The position numbers were made by a program, and so were the translations under genes. DNA of 63,940 bases, counting the filler, from Craspedostauros australis (lineage: Eukaryota), in the NCBI GenBank assembly GCA_030167865.1. It is 6 parts of 6 records of this genome, joined end to end, with 100 filler letters (N's around TTAATTAATTAA, not from the genome) between each part and the next. Parts side by side here need not be neighbours in the genome. Positions count along the whole stretch, not along the records: positions 15,867 to 24,614 come from JALAGF010002848.1; positions 24,715 to 42,252 come from JALAGF010002849.1; 4 more parts are not named here. The stretch is one strand, 5' to 3'. This document shows, in pieces, positions 21,249 to 32,531 of the stretch. The notes under the pieces were generated by a model. The model was given only the letters and a program-made list of their open reading frames with translations, had not been told where the DNA came from and did not search any database. Numbering within the stretch: position 1 is the first letter of the stretch; each line of letters opens with the position of its first letter.

Positions 21249-23400
21249 GCACGGAGTCGACGAGCTGATCAACTGGCCAGCGCATGCATACATGCATGTA
21301 TGTACATGACCACAGCAACACGAATACATATTATACATAACGAAGTACCGACATAGCACTGCATAAATTCATGGAATAGAGTATTCGTGTGCTAGAGTTG
21401 AGTTGAGTGGAGTTGAGCGGAGTACGTAGAGTGGATGCGTCGATACTTGCGCAGGGATTGTGAGACTGGTTAGGGTAGTCCATGAATGCTGGTGAGGCGG
21501 AGAGATGAACAGGTCCAGGTAATACACGCGCCACGCGACCCGTCTGTAACCCATTGCGGTGGCGTGAATACGATGGTGACGATGGCGATGGGATAGGATC
21601 AAGGGAGGTCACACAGTATCGCACACTCAACAACGGCGATGTAGTGTGGCGCTATATCGCATTGCGCGTGGAACGGGGCGTGACTATGCACCAGGTCGAA
21701 TCGCATCGCATCACATTGCATCGCATCACATTGCATCGCATCGCACCGTCAAGTACCACATTGCACGTCACTGCACAGATTCAGAACGGCTGGCGAATCT
21801 GCGGTGTTTTTTGCGTTGCACTTCGGATGTGGGCGCTGCGGTTGTCGAGATTTATTCTTCTGCTCATGATCTCGATGGTATGTCTATGCCACCGTCAGTG
21901 AATAGTAGAGGATGGCCGCTTCGCACCTTGCGAAAGTTGGGCGCGATACGCAACCAACCCACTCGTTCTCACAGGTCCATCAATGGTGGAAATTATCGGC
22001 GGTAGTGTCACTATCATCGGTAACTCTTTGCGTATTCCATTCCGCTGCTATCGATGCCGACGCCGATGCCGACGTTGAACTGCCGCCCATCAGGATCTTG
22101 CTCCCATTCCTACTCTGCCCCGTCGTCGTATGCCACAACCACCATCGAGGAAATGCGATGCTGTGATGCTGCATTTCTGACGGCTGTCTGCGTCCACTCT
22201 GTTGCCGTCGGTTGGATTGACACGCTGATGCCAGTACGAGTAGAGTGTCGACCGTCATCGTTGGCTGCACGTCGCTTGTGCGCATGTTGGATTCGTCCCA
22301 TGCTTTCGCGCCGCATCGTAAGATCCATGGCATTGCGTTGCATCCCATTGCGTCTCATCCCGTCGCGTTGCGGTGCTTGTTCGGGCGTCTTCCCACCCAT
22401 CTAAAAATGTGAGGGAAAGTCATTTTCGAGGCGGAAATGGACCTTGGCGAAAGAAAGTGGTTTACGGGATCGGAGTTGGCGAGACACGCAACAACGCCGC
22501 AAAGTAGGGTTCTGGTTGGGTTCGGTGGGGACTGCGTGGTTGTGGGACTGTGTTGATACGTCAGATTGTGTTGTGAGGTGTCGGGGATGTTCGCAATCGT
22601 TATGCAATTCGATGCGTGGAACACAAAGAGCATACTCAGAGCAGATCAAGACGTGCAGAAGACGCTCTCAACGGAGATATCGAAGGCAGATGATGTTCGC
22701 CGGGCGGGGATCGGGTAGAGTTCGGGTTGCAGTTGATGGCTTTGTTGTGTGTAATTTCGCTGTCGTGTTGAGGTTGCTAAATGTTGAACACGTCTGAAGA
22801 GCAGATGGGTCATTGCGTTAAATACTATGTTGTCACATCGGATGATTTGTATGTTCTTTGGTTGCGTTTCGACTAGTCCAATGGGTCATATGTGTCGTTC
22901 CCGTGCTTCATTTATCCGAGTTCGTTGTTGCGGAGTCGGTTCTGTGGTGTTGGTTTGTTCGTTGATCCGTGTTGTGCGTTGGTGTGCTGTGTGATGTGTG
23001 TGATGTGTGTGATGTGTGTGATGGGCGGTCGTGCGAGTGCAAGCAAGAGCAAAATTACGCAGATTGATTGACGTGACTGGGGTCGCTTCCACATTTTGTT
23101 GGTCTGGTCACGCCGATCACAACCTGCTTTGGGCAGATGCCTCATTCCTCTGACACCTTCATGCTCACAATTTCAAATCCATCCGGATCCAAATCCAGCC
23201 CACAATCACACACAATCACCCCGCAAGCGCACTCCCCTATCGCTCACAGTCACGTAAGAAGCTCATCAGAACTGCACAGCGAAAACCAGAAGCGAAAGCA
23301 GAAAGTCGAAAACCGAGCAACCGCCAATTCCATCCACCCGACCTGCACCAACCCACATCAACCAACAGCAATCCACATCAACGACGACAACAACGCCGCC

Positions 23401-24614
23401 ATGATGATGTTCACACCAACTTCCACACAATACAAGCACAGCAACACCATAGTCACCACATCCGACAACGATGTCTTCTTTCCAGTCGACAGCGCAACCA
23501 TGACGATGAACATGACCACCGCCATGAACATGAACGGCATGGTGCGCAACCAGAAGAGGAAATCCCATCATGATCACGACGAGGATGTCGGCCCGGATCC
23601 CATCCAGTACACAGGAATGCGCATCGTCAACGAGGTTCGATTGGAGGACACGTTCGGCCAATGCCGCAACTCCAACGCCAACGCAGAAATCGGCGCCACC
23701 ATGGACAACGACTGCACGTGCGACGCTTCGTGCGGTTCGGCAGTCCCAATGCATGAAGTCGAGACCTTCCTGCGATCGCTGTTCCGAGAAGACGCGTACC
23801 ACCGCAGTCCCGCATCCGTTGCAACCGACGGGTCAACCAACACCAGCCCTCCGCAAGGTCGAAGCGTCCACGTCGAATGCAACAACGAGCCGATTGACGC
23901 ATTCACTGATGTCCGTCATTTCTTGGTGGACATGGAGGCGGGTGTCAACAGCAATGCCAGCAACATCAGCAGCAGCAGCAACAGCAGCAGCATCAGCAAC
24001 AGCGGAAACGACCATTGCCGTGACGGCGACGCGAGTCTGATCGGATTCCATGCCGACATGGACATGTTCAATTCCCATCATTCCTTGCTGTGCTCCACAT
24101 CTGCACCATCGTCGACTTCGATGACATCGGCGACATCCCCACCTCCATCCAAGATACGAAGAGTGATCAGCGACACGAGAATCTCGCCGACATCCACCAA
24201 GGCTGCGCCCTTTGCACCATTCCACAACCACCACAACGCAGCATCACCAATCAAATTCCGCAAGTACCAAGCTGACCAGTGGGAGGCACGATACCACGAG
24301 CTCATCCAGTACCGCGAGACGCACGGTCATTGCCTCGTCGATTCCAACACGGACCGCACCCTGTCCCACTGGATCAAGCGACAGCGTTGCCAGTACAAGC
24401 TGAAGCAGGACGGCAATCACACCACGCTGACCGACGAACGGCAGAGCAAGCTGGAGTCCCTGGGTTTCGTGTGGGATTCGCACGAGGTTGCCTGGGAGTA
24501 CCGGTACCAGGACCTGCTCGCCTTCAAGGCCAGAACCGGTCACACCAACGTGCCCACGGTGTACAGCAACAACCCGTCGCTGGGCATCTGGGTGAAGGGA
24601 CAGCGGCGGCAGTA
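23401..24614 (+). CDS. HA two-repeat protein, paralog 3 (3' end lost in the gap)
   Basis: KFRKYQADQWEARYHEL...GHCLV...HWIKRQR...LGFVWDSHEVAWEYRY...GHTNVP...LGIWVKGQRRQ. Start taken at MMMFTP; the ORF is open from 23137. Confidence 0.9.
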
Positions 24615-24993
24615 NNNNNNNNNNNNNNNNNNNNNNNNNNNNNNNNNNNNNNNNNNNNTTAATTAATTAANNNNNNNNNNNNNNNNNNNNNNNNNNNNNN
24701 NNNNNNNNNNNNNNACACAAACGCAAACGCATCCGCTAAGAAAAGACTGTAAAATAGACGTAGCCAAGCTTGTCGGACAGCAGACACACATTAGCATGGT
24801 TTTGTTGACGCAGAAGGCGACAAAACTAGAACAAGCAAGTACCACGATGCAAGTGGAGGTGCGCTAACACCCAGAACAAGCGCACAGAAAAGAACGAAGC
24901 AGATGGCGCCAGCCAACAACGCGATGAATTGTCGCGACACTCATAATTTGTGTCGTGGATACGTGTTCCAGCCAGTCAAACGCCAAAATTAAA

Positions 24994-25088
24994 TGTCCTG
25001 AGGAGGACAGATAAATTATCTGTCCTCCTCAGGACAGTTGTGGGAAAAACATCGACAGGAAGCGATAAATGTCCTCCTCAGGACAGTT
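24994..25088. repeat. Perfect 21-bp inverted repeat plus a third direct copy of a 16-bp unit (TGTCCTCCTCAGGACA)
   Basis: tgtcctgaggaggacagataa-a-ttatctgtcctcctcaggaca at 24994-25036; tgtcctcctcaggacagtt again at 25070-25088. Confidence 0.9.
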
Positions 25089-25531
25089 ACGAAAACGCCC
25101 GCACAAAATTTTCCTTACGGATATGAAGCGGTACGGCCAGAAAGGTGACGACTCATCAGCGCAATAAGTAGCAGCTGCTTCTGCTAGTGCCGGTGCCTGC
25201 TTTTCTCCGCCGTGATCATCGGGATGAAACGAAGAGATTGGGCATGGCGAGAGGGCATCAGAAAGCCACCAGCAGTGCTGCCTACGCAAACAGGGACAGG
25301 GGAACCGTGGGACTGTTTTCATGTACCATACGTACGTACATCCCAATTGGTGGCACAGTTGGTTGCATGGGGGATACACCAAGATGTAATTTCAACACTA
25401 GTTCCACTTTTATTCACGGTAGAGACTCCTAATACTCGTATCAGTCCACGCCATGCCATTCCTTTGCTTGTGCTTGTGATTGGCTTTTCGCTGCATTCCG
25501 CCTCATCCCTTCGTCTCTCTTTTGCTTTACC

Positions 25532-26593
25532 TCAGTTCGTCTTCTTGTTCGCTCCCCCAGCCCTTCCTGTTTGTTTGATCGGCAGTTTCCTCGATGACAC
25601 CACGTCCGCAGTGTACATCCACCGCAGAAAGAGATAGACGGCCACAAACACAAGATCGCACGCCAAGAAAGCGACGGAGGTGACGTAGAGCATGTCGTGA
25701 TAGTCGCCCGACTCGAACTGGACGAAGGCGCACAGCGAGTTGTCCATGAATATGCCGAGCGCCATGATGATGTAGGCCCACACCGTCAGGAAGACGGTCA
25801 GGATGGGGAACTTGAGTTGCTTGTTGCGCAGGATCAAGAATTCCGCCCAAAAGTGCCCAAACGCAAGGACGGGCAGCACGTACCATTGCTCCAGGAAGAT
25901 CGTGGCATACGCGGTGCCATTGGAATCCACCAAGGGCGTCGGCAAGAGGCCGTAATGCTCGCCGTAAAACACCGCCAGTGCCAGCAACCCCATGAGCTGA
26001 AGTGCCGCGTAGAGCCGAGACCACAGCGTCGACGATCGCGGATGCAGTTGATTGCAGAGGCCCAGCAAGAGGTTCATGCAGAATGCGCCGGTGGAGTACG
26101 TGTCCATCGCCCACCAATGCGGTGACACCGTGGGATACGGTAGGTCCGTGATGGCAGCCTCCCAGTTGTGCAGAAAGAAGGCGCTCATATTCATGCACCC
26201 GAACGCGAAGAAGGCCAGCGGCCAGCACCACGGGACCGGGTCCGCGAATTGCGCTGCTGCCGTTGTCATTGATTCCTGATCTGCTGCATTCCCCCCTTGC
26301 CTTGCATCGCGTTCCACCCGCCGCCGCCGTTGCTGCGACTGCAACCGCAGCAAGCTGAGCGAACCCACGAATCCAATCGCCGTGCCGACGATGGCGTAGA
26401 TGGCGAGGTAGGGACTGCGGATCGTGTGATCGACGCCCAGCAGATCGGACCGGAACGGCGATTGCACTTCGGGACACTGCTCCGCGGTCTTCTCCGTGAG
26501 GATGAGATCGAAGATGAGGCCAGCCAACGGCACGCGCTGCCTCACCATCTGCGTTGTGGCAGGCGCAAACGATTCCAATATCGCTCGGCTCAT
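25532..26593 (-). CDS. Multi-pass (~7 TM) membrane protein, possibly CREST superfamily
   Basis: 353-aa ORF with several hydrophobic helices, SAFFLH (SxxxH), WWAMD and DNSLC motifs. Confidence 0.75.
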   Translation of the reverse strand: MSRAILESFAPATTQMVRQRVPLAGLIFDLILTEKTAEQCPEVQSPFRSDLLGVDHTIRSPYLAIYAIVGTAIGFVGSLSLLRLQSQQRRRRVERDARQGGNAADQESMTTAAAQFADPVPWCWPLAFFAFGCMNMSAFFLHNWEAAITDLPYPTVSPHWWAMDTYSTGAFCMNLLLGLCNQLHPRSSTLWSRLYAALQLMGLLALAVFYGEHYGLLPTPLVDSNGTAYATIFLEQWYVLPVLAFGHFWAEFLILRNKQLKFPILTVFLTVWAYIIMALGIFMDNSLCAFVQFESGDYHDMLYVTSVAFLACDLVFVAVYLFLRWMYTADVVSSRKLPIKQTGRAGGANKKTN

Positions 26594-27628
26594 CGTGGAC
26601 GATTGATGGATGTCAGATGTACGTTTCGCCGCGCGGTACCGAACAGTACTGCTGTATCTGTAGTTGATCCTGTCCAGTTCCTCCGTTTGCTGAGTGGTAA
26701 TCAGATGCAGCTATGAATGTGGTCGAGACTGCGGCTGTGGCTCCGACTTTCGTGGAGGGACAGTTGCGAAACAGTGGAGATGGAGGCAGAACAATGGTTG
26801 ACGATGGCGCACACGCTGACATGATTGACACCATCTGGATGTTCGTCCACGATTTGGTGCCATTCGTGATGGCGCCATTTTTGGCGGCTCAGTTCTTGTT
26901 GTTGAGTTGTTTTCAAATTGGCATGTATTACGCCTGTACATCGACGGAGGGAATGACATTTTAGTCGATTGTGTCAAGGCGAAACGGTCGTGTGACGGCA
27001 TGAGAGAAAACCGCCTTGAATTGATAATTAAGTAGACACCCAAAGGGCAATTAGTCCTGTTTTCGCCGCGATTAGCGTCCGGTCATTCCTCCCATGGTAA
27101 TTTCAGCACCAAATGCACCTGTGATTCTTGTTGACTTTCTCGTTCTGTTATGCAGTTTGTGCGGTGTGGTGGTACACGAACTTCGCGAACGCACAAGTAC
27201 CCTGGGCTCGTTGCACGCGAAGCCTTCGTGACATCATGGTTGGCGCTGTGAAGGCGGTGACGAAAGCGGCAGAAGACACTCCCCAGAGCATCCAAGTTCT
27301 CGCACCAGGACGATCAACACCTCTCTCTGTCTCTGTCTCTGTTTCATCATTGTTGTTTGACAACAAACAGAACGCTAGTGCAGACTCAAGCAAACAGGGC
27401 AGCCGCAGCGCAGACTCCACCGCTTCGATAGACCAGAGCGCAACAACAACAGCAACAACAATCAAGACGAGAGCGCAGAGGCGGAAGCCAGAAGGGAAGA
27501 CAGAGATAGGCATACTGTGTGGTGCCATACTTGTAGCAAACTACTACTCGTAGAAGGACAGCCGGGGAATACGATCTGCTCGTAGCCGCAGCACTCTATT
27601 CTACTCGACCATACTATACTATATCATC

Positions 27629-30136
27629 ATGGAATCCGCACAAAGCGAGATGGTGGGCCTGCAAACCCGGGACAGCGGGATGGCGTCCGCGAGTCGAGCA
27701 TCGTCCCACTCCACCCCCTACCGCAAGTCGAGAGTGTCGCAGTCTGTCGCAGGCTCCAGGGGAGGGCGCTCGAGTCGCGTGAAAGCCAACGACTTCGACG
27801 GCAATGACTTCGATCTCGACGGCAACGACAATGGCAGCGGCAATGGCAGCGGCATGGGCTTGGACCCCAACAACGCAGACGATGTCTACGTCGACCTGGA
27901 TGCCACGTGGGGCGAGGTGTGGAACACCTGCTGCTGCTTCGCTTCGTCGTCGGGGTACCTCCGCATGATCAGCGGGGTCCTCGTCATCTTCTCCTGCCTC
28001 TTCCTCTTCGGGCTGGGCCTGGAGTTCCTGTCCAACGGCGCCAAGGTCATGGCTGGCTGCGCCGCCGGCCAGCTCTTCGGCAACGACACCAACAACCCCG
28101 TCACGGGCGTCATGATCGGCATCCTCGCCACCGTCATGCTGCAGTCCTCCTCCACCACGACGACCATCATCGTTTCCCTCGTCGGTGTGCAGGGGTCGGC
28201 GCTGTCCGTCCAGAATGCCATCTACATGGTCATGGGGGCCAACATCGGCACGGCCGTCACCAACACCTTCGTCTCGCTCAGCCACATCCGCGATCCGGAA
28301 CAGTTCGAGCTGGCATTCGCGGGCGCGACGTTGCATGACATGTTCAACTTCATGACGGTGGCGATCCTGCTGCCGGTCGAGGCCGCCACGGGATTCCTCG
28401 AGCGCGTGTCATCCTCTCTCACCAAGGGCGCCGACACCGAGGATGGCGACACATGGGAGGGACCCGTCAAGCGATTCATCACGCCCGTGGGCAAGAAGGT
28501 CATCGTGGCCAACAAGAAGGCCATCGAGCACGTCTCCAAGGGCGGGGATTGCAGCGACTTCTACCCCATCCGCTGCGACGACAACGACGATCCGACCTAC
28601 GGCACCTGCAAGGTCGGCATCCTCGCCTGCGACAAGACCTCGGGCGACTGCCCCGCCTTCTTCAGCCCCACGGCCGATCTGCGCGACGACAAGATCGCGG
28701 GTCTCTGCAGCGTCGTCATCGGCAGCTTCGTCATCTTCGTCTCCCTCTCGGTCCTCGTGTTCGTCGTGCAACGCTTGCTGCTCGGTTACTCCACGAGGGT
28801 CATCTACAAGGTCACCAAGCTCAATGGATACGTCCTCATTGCAATCGGCACAACCGCCACCATGCTTCTCCAAAGCTCCTCCACCACCACGTCCTTCCTC
28901 ACGCCCTTCGTGGGGATGAACGCCATCCCGGTCGAGCAGATGCTGCCCCTGACGATCGGGGCAAACCTGGGCACGACCATCACGGCGCTCTTCTCCGCCT
29001 TGGCCACCGATGGCAACCAGGCGCTGCAGGTGGCCGTGGCGCATCTCATGTTCAACCTCACGGGATTCATGATCTGGTATCCCATCCCCATCATCCGCAA
29101 CATCCCCATCGCTGCGGCCAACCGCCTCGGCATGTGGGTGCGCCTGTGGCGGCCGCTGGCCCTGCTGTACATTGGAACGCTCTTCATCGGTTTCCCGGCC
29201 ACGGTCCTGGGCCTCTCCGCGCTGTACAATCGAAGCCAAGCGGGTCTGCAAGCCATCGCGGGCGTCCTCACGGGCCTCATCGCCATCGGCGGCCTCGCCT
29301 TCCTGCGCTGGTTCTACTTCCGCGAAGGACGAGACATCACCATCGACTGGTTGTCGGAGAGTGGGCGCAAGATCGACGCCAAGTACAGGCTCGCTGATGA
29401 CATGAAGCGCGCCCAACACACGATCCACGCCCTGCGCGACTTCACGGGCCTCGGCCACGACGTCAACACCATCGACGGCTACGCCGACATGACGCGAATA
29501 GTTTCGAGGCGCGAAGCGCTCAACGACCTCGCGGACGACATGGAGTGGGTCGAGGAGAAGCTGGCGGCGCTCATCTACTACACCGGTCTGCCCGAGGAAT
29601 TCCTCGAACCATCCGAAGGCAACACCAGAAACACCGGCCGCAACATGGACACGGACTACGACAGCGACGATCCCGAGCGCCCTGACCGCCGCATCTCGCT
29701 GGAAGGCAGCGACGACGAGGACCAGCGCAGGTTCCGGCCGTCGTCGGTGTGGAACAACATACCGCGGTACTTCATCTGCATCGGCTTCGTCAGCATCCCC
29801 CTCGCCATCTGGGGCATCATCGCGCTGTGGAACGAGGATACGAAGGGCACGCGCGGATTCGCCTTGTTCTTCGCTTCGCTGCTCGTCGGATGGATGCTGT
29901 TCGTCGTCTGCTTCATTTTCTTCGGCACGAAGTACGTTCTCGATTACTTGGAGCACGTCAACCGCACGGACGCGGCGATCCAGTCCTTGCCGCAGGACAT
30001 TGCCTTCATCAAGTCCAACATCCGCGTGCTCTTCATGCATTCCAACGTGAAGATGGAGAACCTGAAGCAGCCACCTCGACGTCGTCGGCAGAACCGTCAT
30101 CGACGCAACGAATTCGATCAGAGCGACGAATTGTGA
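27629..30136 (+). CDS. Na+/phosphate cotransporter, SLC34/NptA family, with an extended C-terminus
   Basis: Two QSSS motifs (MLQSSSTTT, LLQSSSTTT), GANIGT and GANLGT, AFAGATLHDMFN, ALQVAVAHLMFN. Confidence 0.95.
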   Translation: MESAQSEMVGLQTRDSGMASASRASSHSTPYRKSRVSQSVAGSRGGRSSRVKANDFDGNDFDLDGNDNGSGNGSGMGLDPNNADDVYVDLDATWGEVWNTCCCFASSSGYLRMISGVLVIFSCLFLFGLGLEFLSNGAKVMAGCAAGQLFGNDTNNPVTGVMIGILATVMLQSSSTTTTIIVSLVGVQGSALSVQNAIYMVMGANIGTAVTNTFVSLSHIRDPEQFELAFAGATLHDMFNFMTVAILLPVEAATGFLERVSSSLTKGADTEDGDTWEGPVKRFITPVGKKVIVANKKAIEHVSKGGDCSDFYPIRCDDNDDPTYGTCKVGILACDKTSGDCPAFFSPTADLRDDKIAGLCSVVIGSFVIFVSLSVLVFVVQRLLLGYSTRVIYKVTKLNGYVLIAIGTTATMLLQSSSTTTSFLTPFVGMNAIPVEQMLPLTIGANLGTTITALFSALATDGNQALQVAVAHLMFNLTGFMIWYPIPIIRNIPIAAANRLGMWVRLWRPLALLYIGTLFIGFPATVLGLSALYNRSQAGLQAIAGVLTGLIAIGGLAFLRWFYFREGRDITIDWLSESGRKIDAKYRLADDMKRAQHTIHALRDFTGLGHDVNTIDGYADMTRIVSRREALNDLADDMEWVEEKLAALIYYTGLPEEFLEPSEGNTRNTGRNMDTDYDSDDPERPDRRISLEGSDDEDQRRFRPSSVWNNIPRYFICIGFVSIPLAIWGIIALWNEDTKGTRGFALFFASLLVGWMLFVVCFIFFGTKYVLDYLEHVNRTDAAIQSLPQDIAFIKSNIRVLFMHSNVKMENLKQPPRRRRQNRHRRNEFDQSDEL

Positions 30137-30593
30137 TGGCGCTGGTGATATCAACGGCAAGAAGAGGTTGGGGACGCAGAGATGATCATGTGGAGTAGAG
30201 TACACTGTATTTGCGCAGGTGTCACTCTTGACGAGTAGAGAGTTTGGAATGCAACGCGCAGCAGCGCAAGGGATTGATCCAGTGCAAGCACTTCGCTACG
30301 TTTAGAACAGTAAGTATCATACAGCTTTGCTTGTGACCGACCGATAAGCCAGTGTATGGTTGGAACAGCACACATTTTGAAAAAAGAAGAGATCGACACA
30401 GGTAGCACTGTTCCACTTCGTACCTATAATAACAAGGTGTGCTCGTAGAGAGTTGCTGTGCTTGCTATTACGTTTGGAAGTTCTATCGTAATGTTATTGT
30501 GACTGCTGCTGTTCTCGCTGCTGTCGACGGTGATGCTGTGCCATACTGTCATGCATCGTACAACATCATGCACCGGAGATGGAGCGCGATGGC

Positions 30594-31486
30594 TTAGCCT
30601 CCCTTGGTGACGGCAAAGATCTTTGGTGCGACGCACAGATCGACACAGTGGTGCAGTTCATAGTACCAGATTTCGCAGCTGACATTTTCCTTCCCCTTGA
30701 TACGGTCCTTGCAGGCCTCGTAGTTGGCCAGTGGTCCCGGGCATGTCTTGATGCAATCCTTTCGGATTTGCGGAAGCTGATCGACTGGCTCTTCGTCACT
30801 CTGCAACGGTAGTGCCGCAATGGGAATCGTTCGAGTTGCATGTTCCAATGCGCAACCATTCGTCGTATTTTGTCACATTTGTTCGGCATCATCATCGTCG
30901 TCATTGTTGCGGTGTTTGCCATGGTTGCATGTTGCACATCCCAAAGATGCCAATGGTACCGGTCACATCGCATCATATCACATCATAGGGCGTCGCAGTT
31001 GTGTTGAGGAGAGGCATGTCGTTCGCGGGAGCAGACATGAAGAGGGTTGATTGTGTGAGAAGGCTGGTCGCATGATGGCCAAATGTTGACGTTGACGTTG
31101 ATGTTCACTGCATTGCATTATCAATTCGGGAACCAACAGAGCTTGGTAGAGAAGTCGCTCCATCGCTGTTTGCCATCCGCTTTGCATCATCCATGTCATC
31201 GCCCATGATGTTGCCCTCCAATGCTCACTGCGTCTCATCCCATCTCGTATTCAGTTTGATTTGGAATGCTTTCGTGATCTGAGATTCATCGAGTCACGGG
31301 TTGCAAAGTCTCCACACGCCAACGCATCAGCAAGCACACAAGAGAGACAATGACGATGACTGGATCGTTGCGGATGAGGTCGCATTGCATCGCATCGCTG
31401 GACATCCCCATCTGATTATGTTCTCCACGAGACATCCATCCAAGATGCACTTGATCCGTCTTCCGATCCAAATGCCGACGCACCAT
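30594..31486 (-). CDS. QCR6: Cytochrome bc1 complex subunit 6 (hinge protein); exons 31486-31484 (ATG only) and 30800-30594, 69 aa
   Basis: SDEEPVDQLPQIRKDC...C......YEAC..RI......C...YYELHHCVDLCVAPKIF matches the hinge family. CAG acceptor at 30803-30801; upstream ACACC-ATG|GTGCGT donor. The first exon is inferred. Confidence 0.85.
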
Positions 31487-32531
31487 GGTGTTGATCTTTG
31501 CAGTGTGTATTTGTGTGTGGGCGTGTGTGGGCGTTGATGGAGGCGACAGCAACAACAGCGACAGCGGCGACAGCGATGGCGACGATGGTGGTAAACACGA
31601 CCGTGATGATGTAACCATCGCCGCCATTTCTCTTCGGTTTTTGGCGGTCTTCGTGTCGTTGCTGCTCGATCTTGGTTTGCTACGTACGAAGACAGACGAC
31701 GGCTATTAACCCACGTCACGAGCTGAAGAATTTCGGCGATGGGTCGATTCGTTGGACTATATATCCACGTCTCAAAGACACAAACCGCGAAATTTGTTGC
31801 GCGGAACGCATGGCGAGTTTGCGCAACGCGATGAAAACGAAGGCACAACAACAACGAACCAAGGCACACGACACACGCCAAACCAGTCCATCTCCCACGT
31901 CTCCGCTGTCCGTATTCGTGCTCTCCATCCGACTGTTGTTGTTGTTGTTGTTGTTGGCTGATGTCGTCAAGATACTCGATCTGCATCCTTCGCAGTTGTT
32001 GTGAACAATCGAGAAAGCTGCATTGCTGGTACAAAGACGACAAACACGGGAAGGAAGAGAGCAAAGAAGATTGTATCGTGGCTGTTCTGTTTCGCCCTGC
32101 GATCTGCTCCACGCGCTTCTGTTTTGAATCTGTCGTCTCCGATCGAATCTTGCATTGCATCGCATTGCTTCGCACGACACAATTCTGAGAGGAACAGGCA
32201 AAGCAGAAGCCGCACGGAAGCAAGGCTGTCGATACGCCCACAATACCACACAATACCACACAACACCACACAATACCACACAATACAAACGAGTGCATCA
32301 TCAGGCGTGTCAGGGACAAGTGGGAGTGCAAGAGCAGTTACCATCGCATTGCACACGTTGCACACATCGATGCAAGCCATCCATCGATCACACAGTTGCA
32401 CTCCATAACACGTCCCACTTCAGTCGGACGAGCGGAGCATTCAATCGCGGCATCACCAGTTCAACGACTCCACTATACTCCACTCTCTATTCTGTTCGGT
32501 TCTGCTTGGATCGCTCCAAGTGAATTCAAAG

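Noticed and set aside
28409..30205. 598-aa antisense ORF (and similar ones at 1781-2584, 25527-26477, 37123-38034, 53124-54206)
   Set aside because: Shadow or alternative-frame ORFs caused by the high-GC3 codon usage of real overlapping genes; no motifs.
31327..32331. 334-aa minus-strand ORF
   Set aside because: Built from microsatellite-like tracts in the divergent promoter between QCR6 and the SET gene.
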